From an uncultured Candidatus Rokubacteria bacterium (lineage in GTDB: Bacteria > Methylomirabilota > Methylomirabilia > Rokubacteriales > DASRDR01), in the NCBI GenBank assembly GCA_963708025.1, contig CAVPSB010000002.1:64001-128000 (forward strand): a stretch of DNA of 64,000 nt, in the 5' to 3' direction. The translations under genes and the position numbers were made by a program. Numbering within the stretch: position 1 is the first letter of the stretch; each line of letters opens with the position of its first letter. The notes beneath the pieces are model-generated. The model did not search any database. It was not told the DNA's origin and saw only the letters and a program-made list of their open reading frames with translations. Positions 9,985 to 19,629 of this stretch are shown one piece after another.

Positions 9985-10113
9985 TCTCCGGCTCCTCCTC
10001 CCCGGTGGCACCGGGGGGACGGGACGTGCGAGGGCGCGCGTCCTCCGAGCCGTCCCGGCGATCCTGGTCGAACAGGGGAGGGGGCTGGGGGGGTGGGCGG
10101 GAGGTCCCGAACG
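9985..10113 (+). repeat. Family-1 C-rich/G-rich repeat, copy 1
   Basis: ctccggctcctcctcccc...ggggagggggctggggggtgggcgggaggtcccgaacg-ATG. Confidence 0.75.
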
Positions 10114-10725
10114 ATGCTCTCGGTCCGCGACGTCATGTCCACGGATCTGGTGACGGTCGGCCCCGGCGAGTCAGCGCGCCGCGCCTACGAGGTGATGCGG
10201 GATCGGCGGATCCGCCATCTGCCGGTCGTCGACAACGACCGGTTGGTCGGCATCCTCTCCGATCGCGACCTCCGGCCGGTCCTTCTCTCGCCCGGGCTCG
10301 CCGGCGCCGCGGTGTCGGAGCTGATGAGCGAGCAGCCCACCACGATCGCCCCCGGGGCCCCGGTGGAGGACGCGGCGAGCGTGCTCGTCGTCCGGAAGAT
10401 CGGCTGCCTGCCCGTCGTCGAGGACGGCCGGCTGATCGGCATCGTGACCGAGACCGACCTCCTGGCCGTTCTCGTCGAGCTGCTGGGACTCTTGAGCCAT
10501 TCGACCCGCCTCGACGTCGTCGTGCCGGGCGGCCCCGACGCCTACGAGAAGGTCGTCGAGGTGATCCGGGGGCACCAGGGCCAGATCATGAGCGTCGGCG
10601 CCGTGCCCGGCTCGGGCGGCCAGACGATCTTCAGCGTGAGGCTCGAGCCCTGCGACACGCGGCCACTGGTCGTCGCGCTGAGCCGCGCGGGGTTCGAGGT
10701 GCTCTCGCCGCGGCCCGGGGCATGA
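10114..10725 (+). CDS. CBS-pair + ACT-like protein (AcuB-like)
   Basis: IRHLPVV..LVGILSDRDL, IGCLPVV..GIVTETDLL, C-terminal ACT-like segment. Confidence 0.85.
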   Translation: MLSVRDVMSTDLVTVGPGESARRAYEVMRDRRIRHLPVVDNDRLVGILSDRDLRPVLLSPGLAGAAVSELMSEQPTTIAPGAPVEDAASVLVVRKIGCLPVVEDGRLIGIVTETDLLAVLVELLGLLSHSTRLDVVVPGGPDAYEKVVEVIRGHQGQIMSVGAVPGSGGQTIFSVRLEPCDTRPLVVALSRAGFEVLSPRPGA

Positions 10726-10789
10726 GCCGAATGAGGCGCACGGTGTCGCCTCCCTCGTTCCGCCGACCTCGTGCCCCGTCGGGAGTGCG

Positions 10790-10929
10790 GGTCGCCCCCC
10801 CTCCCCCGGCCAGAGGCCGGAGGCCGTCGGCCAGAGGCCGGAGGCCGTCGGCCAGAGGCCGGAGGCCGTCGGTTGGTCGGGAGGGGTCGCCCAAGGCCGA
10901 AGGCCGTCAAAGGGTGGGGGTGGACTCGA
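10790..10929 (+). repeat. Family-1 repeat copy 2, containing a 3 x 21-bp tandem (10808-10870)
   Basis: GGCCAGAGGCCGGAGGCCGTC x3, then aaggccgaaggccgtc and gggtgggggtggactcga-ATG. Confidence 0.85.
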
Positions 10930-11808
10930 ATGACCGTCCGGCTGCGGCGAAGCCTCCTGTTCGTTCCGGGCAGCACCCCGGAGCGGATCGCCAAGGCGGC
11001 CGCCACCGAGGCCGACGGCATCATCCTCGACCTGGAGGACGCCGTGGCGCCCGGCGAGAAGGCGCGGGCCCGCGAATGGGTCGTCGCGGCGCTCCGCACC
11101 GTCGACTTCCGAGGGCGCGAGCGGATCGTCCGCGTGAACGCGCTGGACGGCCCCCACGGGGGGGACGACTTGGCCGCCGTGGTCCCGGGCGCTCCGGATG
11201 CCGTGCTCATCCCGAAGGTCGGGGCGCCGGACGAGGTGGCCCGCCTGGACCAGGCCCTGGCTCGACTCGAGGGGGCGGCGGGGCTCGAGGCCGGCCGGAT
11301 CCGCGTGCACCTGCTGATCGAGACCGTGGCCGGCGTGCTCAACGCCGTGGAGATCGCTCGGGCGTCGTCCCGGACGGTCGCGCTGCTCTTCGGCGCCGGC
11401 GACCTGATCCGCGAGACCCGGGGCCGTCTCGTCCCCGGCCGCGCCTCCGAGCTCTTCGCGCTGAGCCAGGTCCTCCTGGCCGCGCGCGCGGCGGGTCTGG
11501 CGGCCCTCGACACGCCGTACTTCGAGCTGGAGAACCCGGCCGGGCTCGACGTCCATACCCGGTTCGCGGCGGATCTGGGCTACGATGGCAAGGCGGTGAT
11601 CCACCCCAAGCAGATCGAGGTCGTGAACCGGCACTTCACCCCGTCGCCCGAGGCGGTGGCCGACGCCCGGCGGATCCTGGGGGCCTACGAGGAAGCGGCT
11701 GCTCAGGGGTCGGGGGCCCTGTCCCTCGACGGGCGGTTCATCGACGCGGTCCACGTGACCATGGCGCGCCAAACGCTCGAGCGGGCGCGTCTGGCCGGAG
11801 TGGCCTGA
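10930..11808 (+). CDS. CoA ester lyase, CitE/HpcH family
   Basis: RRSLLFVPG, ILDLEDAV, VRVN, LIET, GKAVIHPKQ. Confidence 0.9.
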   Translation: MTVRLRRSLLFVPGSTPERIAKAAATEADGIILDLEDAVAPGEKARAREWVVAALRTVDFRGRERIVRVNALDGPHGGDDLAAVVPGAPDAVLIPKVGAPDEVARLDQALARLEGAAGLEAGRIRVHLLIETVAGVLNAVEIARASSRTVALLFGAGDLIRETRGRLVPGRASELFALSQVLLAARAAGLAALDTPYFELENPAGLDVHTRFAADLGYDGKAVIHPKQIEVVNRHFTPSPEAVADARRILGAYEEAAAQGSGALSLDGRFIDAVHVTMARQTLERARLAGVA

Positions 11809-12287
11809 TGGCCCGCAGCCTCGCCGCCGCCGCCTCGGGGCTGGTGCTGCTGGCCTGGGCGGTCCTGGCGGGGGCGGCGGGCTGGGGGGGAATCACCCCC
11901 GGGCAGACGCTCCGGCGCGAGGTCGAGGCGCGCTACGGCAAGCCCAGCCGGGAGCGCACGGTCGCCGAGGAGGGCCGCACCACGGCCGAGTGGACGTATA
12001 CCGGCGACCAGGCCCCGCGGGGGATCGATCGCATGGTGGTGAGCTTCGGCCTCATCAAGAGCGGCCTCTTCCAGCCCGACGTCGTCCGCGCGCTCACCCT
12101 GCACACCCGGCGGGGAGTCTTCCCGATGAAGATGATCGCGGCGGGCTGGGGGAAGCCCGACGCCATCGGCACCGACGAGCAGACCGGCCGGCCGGCGTTC
12201 CGGTACGAGGCCAAGGGCCTGCTCGTCATCCTGGACAAGACCGGGGCGTGGGCGGAGATGATGGTGTTCGCTCCCGAGCGCCCCTAG
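11808..12287 (+). CDS. Hypothetical exported protein
   Basis: TGATG overlap; signal-peptide-like N-terminus; two G-K-P units (YGKPS, WGKPD). Confidence 0.7.
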   Translation: MARSLAAAASGLVLLAWAVLAGAAGWGGITPGQTLRREVEARYGKPSRERTVAEEGRTTAEWTYTGDQAPRGIDRMVVSFGLIKSGLFQPDVVRALTLHTRRGVFPMKMIAAGWGKPDAIGTDEQTGRPAFRYEAKGLLVILDKTGAWAEMMVFAPERP

Positions 12288-12290
12288 GAG

Positions 12291-12579
12291 CTTCGGGAGG
12301 GTGTCGGAACACCCCCCGATTCCCCCCCGCCGTTGCGCCGGCAAAGCCGGCGCTCGGACGCTCTTCGCGACTCCCCCGCCTGAACGCGACAGGGCATGCT
12401 CCGACAGATCCCCAGACCAAGGAGCCCGTCGGAGTATGTCGTGTCGCTGGCCGTGCGCCGTGAGCCATGAAGAGCCTCCGAGCGGCCACCCCACGCGGAG
12501 GCGCTTCGCGCCTCTGGCGTGGGTACCCCGGCTGCCGCCACGACGGGGGGATCGGGGGGTCTTCAGAGACCGCCCGAAG
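12291..12579. repeat. ~290-bp nested inverted-repeat element (MITE/REP-like or structured RNA)
   Basis: Imperfect long terminal IRs (CTTCGGG..CCCGAAG), ~130-nt internal rod 12352-12483, side hairpins GCGCCGGC-AAA-GCCGGCGC and GAGGCGC-TTC-GCGCCTC. Confidence 0.65.
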
Positions 12580-12650
12580 GATCCCCGGCGGGGCCCCGCG
12601 AGGCGCATTGTTCGCGGGTGGGTCGTGGTGATAGGCTGGAGGCGCCTTCT

Positions 12651-13547
12651 ATGACCCTCCCCCACGATCCGATCGAGAGCCTCTGTGCGCTCGACGCCGC
12701 CGGCCGCGGCATCGCGCGGCTCCTGGTCCCCGGCGACATGGCCGCCGCCGCGCGCAGCCTGGCGCGCGCCCGGCGGGTGGCGCTCGTCACCGGCTTCGTC
12801 CCCCGTGCGGAGTGGGCCGCCGAGACCGACGGGCCCTCCGGCACGGTCGTGCTCGGCCGCGCGCTCCGGCAGCTCGGGGCCGACGTCGTCTACGTGGCCG
12901 ATCCGCCGGTGCTGCCGCTCGTCGAGGCGTGCCTCAAGGCGCTAGGAGAGCCGCTCGACCTGGTCGCGGTGCCGGCCGATCCAGTCGCGGCGGTCGCCGC
13001 CGCCCGCCGGGCCCTGGGTGACTTCGGCCCCACGCACCTCGTCGCGGTGGAGCGGCCGGGGCGGGCGGCGGACGGCGGCTACTACAACGCCCGCGGCGGC
13101 TCCGTCGCGGCTCTCAACGCGCCCCTCGACGCGCTCTTCCGCGGGCGCCGCAACGGTGCGGTGACGGTCGGGGTCGGCGACGGGGGCAACGAGATCGGGA
13201 TGGGGCGGGTCCGGGCCCGGGTCGTGCGCGACGTCCCGCACGGAGCGAAGATCGGCTCGATCGTCCGCACCGACCACCTGGTCGTGGCCGGCACGTCGAA
13301 CTGGGGCGCCTGGGGCCTGGCCGCCCACCTCTCGCTCGGGGCCGGCCGGAGCCTGCTCCATGGCTCCGAGGAGGAAGCCCGGCTGACCCGGGCCATGGTG
13401 GCGGCGGGCGGTGTCGACGGGCTCACCGGCGGCGCGGTGCCGACCGTTGACAGCCTGCCCCTGACGCTGCACCAGACGTTCCTGGAAACGCTCCGCGAGC
13501 TGACCGCGTACCTCATCACCCGACGCGCTGAAAGGGAGACGACCTGA
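12651..13547 (+). CDS. DUF4392 / D-glutamate cyclase-like protein
   Basis: ETDGP, VERPG, GDGGNEIGMG, SNWGA, VDG motifs. Confidence 0.8.
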   Translation: MTLPHDPIESLCALDAAGRGIARLLVPGDMAAAARSLARARRVALVTGFVPRAEWAAETDGPSGTVVLGRALRQLGADVVYVADPPVLPLVEACLKALGEPLDLVAVPADPVAAVAAARRALGDFGPTHLVAVERPGRAADGGYYNARGGSVAALNAPLDALFRGRRNGAVTVGVGDGGNEIGMGRVRARVVRDVPHGAKIGSIVRTDHLVVAGTSNWGAWGLAAHLSLGAGRSLLHGSEEEARLTRAMVAAGGVDGLTGGAVPTVDSLPLTLHQTFLETLRELTAYLITRRAERETT

Positions 13548-14860
13548 TGGCCGAGACCGTGATCGAGCGCTACCGGAAAGCCTGTCCGGGCTCCTGGGCC
13601 CAGTGGGAGAAGGCCTGTCGCGTGATTCCCGGCGGCATCACCCATGACGGCCGCTACCTGACGCCGTTCCCGCTCTACGTGAGCCGGGCGGCCGGGCCGC
13701 GGAAGTGGGATGTTGACGGCCGCGAGTACGTCGACTACTGGATGGGGCACGGCGCCCTCTTCCTGGGCCACGCGCACCCCACGCTGGTCGAGGCCGTCAC
13801 CCGGCAGGTGGCGCGCGGCACGCACTACGGCGCCTGCCACGAGCTGGAGGTCGAGTGGGCGGAGTGGATCACGCGGCTCATCCCCTCGGCCGAGATGGTG
13901 CGCTTCACGATGTCGGGCACCGAGGCGACGCACCTGGCGCTGCGGCTTGCTCGTGCGGCCACCGCGCGGCCGAAGATCGTGAAGTTCACGGGCCACTTCC
14001 ACGGCTGGCACGACGGGGTCTCGACCGCGGTGAACCCGCCGTACGAGATCCCGATGTCGGCGGGGATCCCGGGCGCGGTCCTCGGCGAGGTCCTCGTCTC
14101 CCCGGCCAACGACATCGCGGCGCTGGAGCGCCTCCTGGGGGGCCGGCAGGACGTGGCCGCGGTCATCCTCGAGCCGAGCGGCGCCCAGGCCGGCACCGTC
14201 CCGGTCGATCCGGGGTTCCTGAAGGACCTCCGTCAGCTCACCGCCGACCGGGGCGTCGTGCTCATCTTCGACGAGGTCATCACCGGCTTCCGGTACGCGC
14301 CCGGCGGCGCCCAGGAGTACTACGGCATCACGCCCGACCTGACGACGCTGGCCAAGATCGTGGCCGGCGGTCTGCCCGGCGCGGCGGTGTGCGGGAAGCG
14401 GGCGCTGGTCTCCCTCATGAAGTTCGGCGATGACGCCGCGTGGAACCGGACCCAGCGGGTCGCCCAGAACGGCACCTACAACTCGAACCCGGTCGTTTCC
14501 GCCGCCGGCATCGCCATGCTGTCCCAGATCGCGGACGGCAAGCTCCACGAGCGGGCCAACGCGTTGGGCGCCGAGCTGCGGGGCGGTCTGAACGAGGTGT
14601 TCCGGAAGGCGGGCGTCCCCTGCGTCGCCTACGGCGACGTGTCGATCTGCCACATCTCGCTGGAGGGGCCGCCGGCCGCGGGCAAGGCGAAGAACCCCAA
14701 GCTCTACCACACCTGGCGGTGCGCGCTCATCCTCCACGGCGTGGACATGTCCGCGTACCACGGCTGGGTCTCGGCGGTGCACGGGGAGCGGGAGATCGAA
14801 GAGACCATCCATGCGGTAGCTGGGGCGGTGACCGACCTCCAGGCCGAAGGAGCCCTCTGA
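13547..14860 (+). CDS. Class III PLP aminotransferase (GSA aminomutase-like)
   Basis: WDVDG..YVDY, SGTEA, FHGWHD, FDEVITGFR, LAKIVAGG. Confidence 0.9.
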   Translation: MAETVIERYRKACPGSWAQWEKACRVIPGGITHDGRYLTPFPLYVSRAAGPRKWDVDGREYVDYWMGHGALFLGHAHPTLVEAVTRQVARGTHYGACHELEVEWAEWITRLIPSAEMVRFTMSGTEATHLALRLARAATARPKIVKFTGHFHGWHDGVSTAVNPPYEIPMSAGIPGAVLGEVLVSPANDIAALERLLGGRQDVAAVILEPSGAQAGTVPVDPGFLKDLRQLTADRGVVLIFDEVITGFRYAPGGAQEYYGITPDLTTLAKIVAGGLPGAAVCGKRALVSLMKFGDDAAWNRTQRVAQNGTYNSNPVVSAAGIAMLSQIADGKLHERANALGAELRGGLNEVFRKAGVPCVAYGDVSICHISLEGPPAAGKAKNPKLYHTWRCALILHGVDMSAYHGWVSAVHGEREIEETIHAVAGAVTDLQAEGAL

Positions 14861-14867
14861 GGCGGGG

Positions 14868-15185
14868 ATGCTCGCGGCCGACGACAAGCGACGCGAGCTC
14901 CGCCGAATCTACGAGCTGGCGCACCAGTCCGACGCCTTCGAGGGCGGTGTCACCTTCGAGGATGACTCCGAGATCCTGATCGTGGGAGACTGGGCCCTGC
15001 TCGCCTACGACGAGGAGGACGAGCTGGCGCTGTCGTTTCACCTGAACGCCCATCCGGTGGAGGTCGCCCGCTTCACGCGGTTTCTCGTCGAGCACGAGGT
15101 GGAGTTCGTCCTCTTCGAGGCGTTCGTCATCAACGACAAGGACGAGATCGTCTTCGAGTCCGACCTGGAGGGACGCGCGGGGTGA
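14868..15185 (+). CDS. Hypothetical acidic protein
   Basis: Typical codon usage; fills the gap in the operon; GTGA overlap with next gene. Confidence 0.75.
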   Translation: MLAADDKRRELRRIYELAHQSDAFEGGVTFEDDSEILIVGDWALLAYDEEDELALSFHLNAHPVEVARFTRFLVEHEVEFVLFEAFVINDKDEIVFESDLEGRAG

Positions 15186-16027
15186 GACGGCTGGCGGGCA
15201 TCATCGTGGGACTCCTGCTGGCGGGGCTGGTAGGAGGGAGCGCGACGCGGGTGATCGGGCAGCCGGCCAGGGCCATGGCGACGCATCCCGGGAAAGCCAC
15301 CTACGACCAGTACTGCGCGACCTGTCACGGCGAGACCGGCCAGGCCGACGGCCCGGGGGCCGGAAACCTCCCCATCAAGCCGCCCCCGTTCACCGACGGG
15401 CGGCTCATGAACCCGCTGCCCGACGAGTTCCTCTTCAAGGTCATCAGCGAGGGCGCCGGCTCGGTGGGCCTGGCCCCCCAGATGCCGGCGTTCCGCCCGC
15501 CGCTCACGGACCGCCAGATCCAGGATGTGATCGGCTACGTCCGGACGTTCGCCCAGCCGCCCTACCAGTCGCGGCCGGTCGCCGCCGTGAAGCCGTGGGC
15601 GGCGCCGCCGGCCCAGCCCATCGAGTTCAGCCACGTCGTCCACGCCGGCTCCTACCGGATCGAGTGCCAGTACTGCCACGCCGACGCCCGGCGCTCCACC
15701 TACGCCGGCCTGCCGTCCGTGGAGCGCTGTATGGGCTGCCACAAGATCGTCGCCGCCCAGGGCAATCCCGAGATCCAGAAGCTCCACGAGCACTGGAACC
15801 AGAAGCAGTCCATCCCCTGGGTCCGGATCCACAAGGTGCCGGGCTACGTGTACTTCCCTCACAAGCGGCACGTCGCGGCCGGCCTCGCCTGCCAGGAGTG
15901 CCACGGGCCCGTCGAGCGGATGCAGCGGGTGGCGCAGGTCTCGCCCCTGTCGATGGGCTGGTGCGTCGAGTGCCATGCCCGGCGCCAGCCGGCCGCTTCA
16001 CTCGACTGTGTGATCTGCCACCACTGA
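15182..16027 (+). CDS. Hexaheme cytochrome c (monoheme domain + ActA/QrcA-like pentaheme domain)
   Basis: Signal-like N-terminus; CATCH, CQYCH, CMGCH, CQECH, CVECH, CVICH; QPIEFSH, WVRIH, SMGWC. Confidence 0.9.
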   Translation: MRRLAGIIVGLLLAGLVGGSATRVIGQPARAMATHPGKATYDQYCATCHGETGQADGPGAGNLPIKPPPFTDGRLMNPLPDEFLFKVISEGAGSVGLAPQMPAFRPPLTDRQIQDVIGYVRTFAQPPYQSRPVAAVKPWAAPPAQPIEFSHVVHAGSYRIECQYCHADARRSTYAGLPSVERCMGCHKIVAAQGNPEIQKLHEHWNQKQSIPWVRIHKVPGYVYFPHKRHVAAGLACQECHGPVERMQRVAQVSPLSMGWCVECHARRQPAASLDCVICHH

Positions 16028-16044
16028 CAGCGTGTGAACGGATC

Positions 16045-16114
16045 GGGTCCTCCGGCCCCCCCTCCCCCCCGGTGGGTGGGGGAGGGGGTGGGGGGGTGGG
16101 CGGGAGGTTCCGAA
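16045..16114 (+). repeat. Family-1 repeat copy 3
   Basis: cctccggcccccctccccccc-ggtgggtgggggagggggtgggggggtgggcgggaggttccgaa-TTG. Confidence 0.8.
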
Positions 16115-16522
16115 TTGAGGCCAGTCATGAAAACGGCGGTTCGGCGCGGCGAGGGTGAGCTCCTGATGCTCGGTGGCCGGAGGCCGATCGAGATCCTGGT
16201 GGAGCGGGCGACCACGGCGACCCGGGCCTTCACCATGGGGGCGCAGACGATCGCCCCCGGCGCCGAGGTGCCAGAGCACAAGCACGCGGAGGAGGAGATC
16301 CTCTTCGTTTACGCGGGGAGCGGGCGGATCACGGTCGGCGGCGTCGCCCACGAGGTCACCCCGGAGACGGCGGTCTTCGTCCCCGGCGACACCTATCACC
16401 GGATCGAGAACACCGGCCCGGACGAGCTCCGGATGACCTTCACGCTCTCGCCCCCGGGCTACGAGGAGTTCTTCCGAAACCTCGCGCACACGCAGACCGA
16501 TCACGCCCCCACGCCGGCCTGA
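16115..16522 (+). CDS. Cupin domain protein (TTG start; alternative ATG at 16127)
   Basis: PEHKH..EE, G..VPGDTYHRIEN motifs. Confidence 0.85.
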   Translation: MRPVMKTAVRRGEGELLMLGGRRPIEILVERATTATRAFTMGAQTIAPGAEVPEHKHAEEEILFVYAGSGRITVGGVAHEVTPETAVFVPGDTYHRIENTGPDELRMTFTLSPPGYEEFFRNLAHTQTDHAPTPA

Positions 16523-16615
16523 CGCCACCCCGGCGTCGGCTCTGCACGGCGCCGGCTCGTGGACGTCTCCAGTGGAACGGAATGCGCCGGGTGGGGTCCC
16601 TCCGGGAGGCGACCA

Positions 16616-17974
16616 GTGAGCGTGGCCGAAGACGTCGCGCGATTCGTGCGTGACGCGACGCTGGACGGGCTGCCGCCGGTGGCGACCGCGCGGGCGAAGG
16701 AAGCGCTGGTCGACACCCTGGGCTGCGCGCTGGCCGGCGGCGAGACGCCGGCCAGCCGGGCCACGCTCGCCCTCCTCGACGGCGCGCCCACCTCCGGCGC
16801 CGCCACGGTCCTCACCACCGGCGGCAAGGCCTCCGTGGCGCAGGCCGTCTTCGCCAACGCGGTGATGGCGAGCGCGCTGGACTTCGACGACGGCCACTAC
16901 TGGTCGATGAACCATCCCGGGGCGGCGGTCGTCCCGGCGGCCCTCGCCGCGGCCGAGGCCCGGCGCCGCCCCGGGCGCGACCTGCTGGCGGCGGTGGTGG
17001 CCGGGTACGAGATCGCGATCCACGCGGGCGCGATCCTCAACGCCCACCCGCGCGAGCGCCTGTACGGCTCCGGCGCGTCGGGCGCCTATGGCGCCGCGGC
17101 GGCCGTTGCCCGGCTGCTCGGCCTCGACCTGACCCGGATCGTTCACGCCCTCGGCGTCGCCCGGTGCCACCTGCCGGTCTCCCCGGTGCTGGACAGCATC
17201 CCGCATGGGGCCGCGACCAAGGAGAGCCTCGGCTGGGGGGCCCTGACCGGTACCGTGGCCGCCCTCCTGGCCGAGAAGGGGTTCAGCGGCCCGCCGAACG
17301 AGCTCGACGAGCCGCACCGCGGAGCCGGATCGGGTGTGGAGGCGCTGGCCGGGCTGGGCCGCCGGTTCCGGATCACCGAGACGTACATCAAGCGGTTCCC
17401 GGCCTGTCTGTGGACGCATGCCGCCGTCGACGCGGCGCTCCAGCTTCGCGGGGACCATCGGCTGACGGCCGGAGACATCGGCGAGGCGACCGTGTGGACC
17501 CACCAGCGCGCGGTCGCCATCGACAACCCGGCGCCAAGGTCGATCGAGGCGGCCCAGTACAGCCTGCCCTACACGGTGGCCGCCGCGCTGGTGGACGGGG
17601 AGCTGGGGGTGGCCCAGATGCGGGACGAGCGGCTCCGCGATCCCCGGATCCTCGATCTGGCGGCCCGGGTGCGGCTCGCCCTCGACCCCCGGCTGGACAC
17701 GATGTATCCCGCCCGGCGCGCCGCTCGGGTCGAGATCCGGACGGTGGACGGCCGGAAATGCGAGCGGGAGGTTCTGGCGATCAGGGGATCGGCCGACGAT
17801 CCCCTGACCTCCCGGGAGGTGGACGACAAGTTCCGGCGACTGGCGGACCCGGTGCTCGGCGAGCCGGCGGCCCGTCGCGCGCTGGCGCTGTTGCGGGAGA
17901 TCGAGCACCACGACGACCTCGCGCCGCTCTGGGCCGCGCTGTCAGCGCGTCAAGCCGGCGCGGCGCGATGCTGA
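16616..17974 (+). CDS. MmgE/PrpD family protein
   Basis: DTLGCALAG, LDFDDGH, HPG, KRFPACLWTH, AQYSLPY. Confidence 0.9.
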   Translation: MSVAEDVARFVRDATLDGLPPVATARAKEALVDTLGCALAGGETPASRATLALLDGAPTSGAATVLTTGGKASVAQAVFANAVMASALDFDDGHYWSMNHPGAAVVPAALAAAEARRRPGRDLLAAVVAGYEIAIHAGAILNAHPRERLYGSGASGAYGAAAAVARLLGLDLTRIVHALGVARCHLPVSPVLDSIPHGAATKESLGWGALTGTVAALLAEKGFSGPPNELDEPHRGAGSGVEALAGLGRRFRITETYIKRFPACLWTHAAVDAALQLRGDHRLTAGDIGEATVWTHQRAVAIDNPAPRSIEAAQYSLPYTVAAALVDGELGVAQMRDERLRDPRILDLAARVRLALDPRLDTMYPARRAARVEIRTVDGRKCEREVLAIRGSADDPLTSREVDDKFRRLADPVLGEPAARRALALLREIEHHDDLAPLWAALSARQAGAARC

Positions 17975-17994
17975 GAACGCCCGAAAGACTCGCC

Positions 17995-18062
17995 GCTCCG
18001 ACTCCCCCCTCCCCCCCGGTGGGTGGGGGAGGGGGGTTGGGGGGGTAGGCGGGAGGTTCTCA
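17995..18062 (+). repeat. Family-1 repeat copy 4
   Basis: ctccgactccccctcccccc-ggtgggtgggggaggggggttggggggtaggcgggaggttctca-ATG. Confidence 0.8.
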
Positions 18063-19412
18063 ATGACCATCGAGGAGACGTTCATCCGGCAGTACCCCCG
18101 GTCGAAGGCGCTGTGGGAGCGGCAGTGCGGCGTGACCCCCGGGGGCATCACGCACACGGGGCGGGCCCTCGCCCCGTTTCCGCTCTTCATCACGGCCAAT
18201 CGCGGGTCCCACAAGTGGGATGCCGACGGCTTCGAATACGTGGACTATTGGCTCGGCCACGGCGCCATGCTGCTGGGGCACGCCCACCCGGCCGTGGTCG
18301 AGGCGGTGGCCAGCCAGGGGGCCAACGGCTTCCACGCCGGCGGCGAGTCGCCGCTGGCCGTCGAGTGGGGGGAGCTCGTGCAGTCGATGGTGCCGTCCGC
18401 CGAGCGGGTCCGCTTCGTCGCGTCGGGCGGCGAGGCGACGCAGATGGCGATCCGCGTCGCCCGCGCGCACGCCGGGCGGGACCGCATCCTCAAGTTCCAG
18501 GCGACGTATCACGGCTGGCACGACGCGGTCTGCCTCGGGGTCCTGCCGCCCTACGACGTGCCGTTCTCGCTGGGCGTGCCCAAGGCGATCCAGGAGACCG
18601 TGACCACCCTCCCGTTCAACGACCTGGACGCCGTGGCCCAGGCGCTCGACCGGTACGACGACGTCGCCGGCGTCATTCTCGAGCCGGGGGGCTGCTTCGA
18701 CGACACCATCCCGACCGACCCCGCCTTCCTCCGGGGGCTGCGGGAGCTGACCGCGCGGAAGCGCGTGCTCCTCATCTTCGACGAGGTGGTGACCGGCTTC
18801 CGCTACGCGCGGGGCGGCGCCCAGGAGTACTTCGGGGTGACGCCGGACCTCACCGCGCTGGGGAAAGTCGTGGCCGGCGGGCTGCCGGGCGGCGCCGTCG
18901 TCGGGAAGGCCGACGTCATGGAGGTCCTGGCCTGGCGCCCGGATCCCGAGTGGATCCGCTACCGGATGGTGCCCCACCCGGGAACCTGGAACTCGAATCC
19001 GGGGGTGGCCGCCGCCGGCATCGCGACGCTCAAGCTCGTGCGCGACACCGACGTCGTGGAGCGCGCCAAGGCGCAGACGCGGAAGCTCATCGACGGCTTC
19101 AACGAGGTCTGCCGGCGCCTCGGCGTCGAGGCGGTCGCGTACGGGCGCGCCTCCATCTTCAAGTTCCGCAAGGGGCCGGCGCCGCGGATGCTCTCCGGCG
19201 ACTACTCCGATCACCGCGCGGAGACGGACCGGCTCCTGGCCGGGTGGGGCGCGACCGCCGGGAAGATCCGCAAGGCGATGCTGTTCGAAGGCGTCGACCT
19301 GATGCGGACCGAGGGATTCCTGTCGGCGGTTCACGGAGACGACGACATCGAGAAGACCTGTCGCGGCCTCGAGCGCGCGCTCCAGCGGATCCGTGACGAA
19401 GGCGGAGTCTGA
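18063..19412 (+). CDS. Class III PLP aminotransferase (paralog of 13547..14860)
   Basis: PGGITH, WDADG..YVDYW, YHGWHD, FDEVVTGFR, LGKVVAGG. Confidence 0.9.
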   Translation: MTIEETFIRQYPRSKALWERQCGVTPGGITHTGRALAPFPLFITANRGSHKWDADGFEYVDYWLGHGAMLLGHAHPAVVEAVASQGANGFHAGGESPLAVEWGELVQSMVPSAERVRFVASGGEATQMAIRVARAHAGRDRILKFQATYHGWHDAVCLGVLPPYDVPFSLGVPKAIQETVTTLPFNDLDAVAQALDRYDDVAGVILEPGGCFDDTIPTDPAFLRGLRELTARKRVLLIFDEVVTGFRYARGGAQEYFGVTPDLTALGKVVAGGLPGGAVVGKADVMEVLAWRPDPEWIRYRMVPHPGTWNSNPGVAAAGIATLKLVRDTDVVERAKAQTRKLIDGFNEVCRRLGVEAVAYGRASIFKFRKGPAPRMLSGDYSDHRAETDRLLAGWGATAGKIRKAMLFEGVDLMRTEGFLSAVHGDDDIEKTCRGLERALQRIRDEGGV

Positions 19413-19435
19413 GCAGGGACACGGCCGGGCGGCGA

Positions 19436-19464
19436 TTGACACGCCTGCACGGTTGCCCTAGCTT
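19436..19464 (+). promoter_or_regulatory. Sigma-70-type promoter
   Basis: TTGACA-17 nt-TAGCTT. Confidence 0.65.
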
Positions 19465-19614
19465 CCTTGAAGCGCCACGGTCGTGTCAAAAGGGCGGGAC
19501 CGAGGAGCGAGCAGCGCTAGGACGCAGGGAGTCGCCGACCGCAGGCGTACTCCGAGTACGCCGAGGATCGGCGACGACCGAGGACGACGCGATGCGACGC
19601 TCATCGGCCCCGCC
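19459..19614 (+). repeat. Family-2 structured repeat, copy A
   Basis: GGGCGGGACCGAGGAGCG..CGCTCATCGGCCCCGCC terminal IR; GGCGTACT-CCG-AGTACGCC hairpin; matches 44247-44513 and 59436-59692. Confidence 0.8.
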
Positions 19615-19629
19615 ACGGGAGACGGAGCC

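Noticed and set aside
6751-10011. 1086-aa minus-strand ORF and the many other long antisense or off-frame ORFs
   Set aside because: Arg/Pro/Gly-rich, motif-free shadows of well-supported genes
10808-10870. 21-bp x3 repeat as a mini CRISPR array
   Set aside because: Head-to-tail identical units with no spacers and no cas genes; part of repeat family 1
13547-14860. Assigning hemL to either class-III aminotransferase
   Set aside because: Two paralogs in a catabolic context with no tetrapyrrole genes; family-level call only
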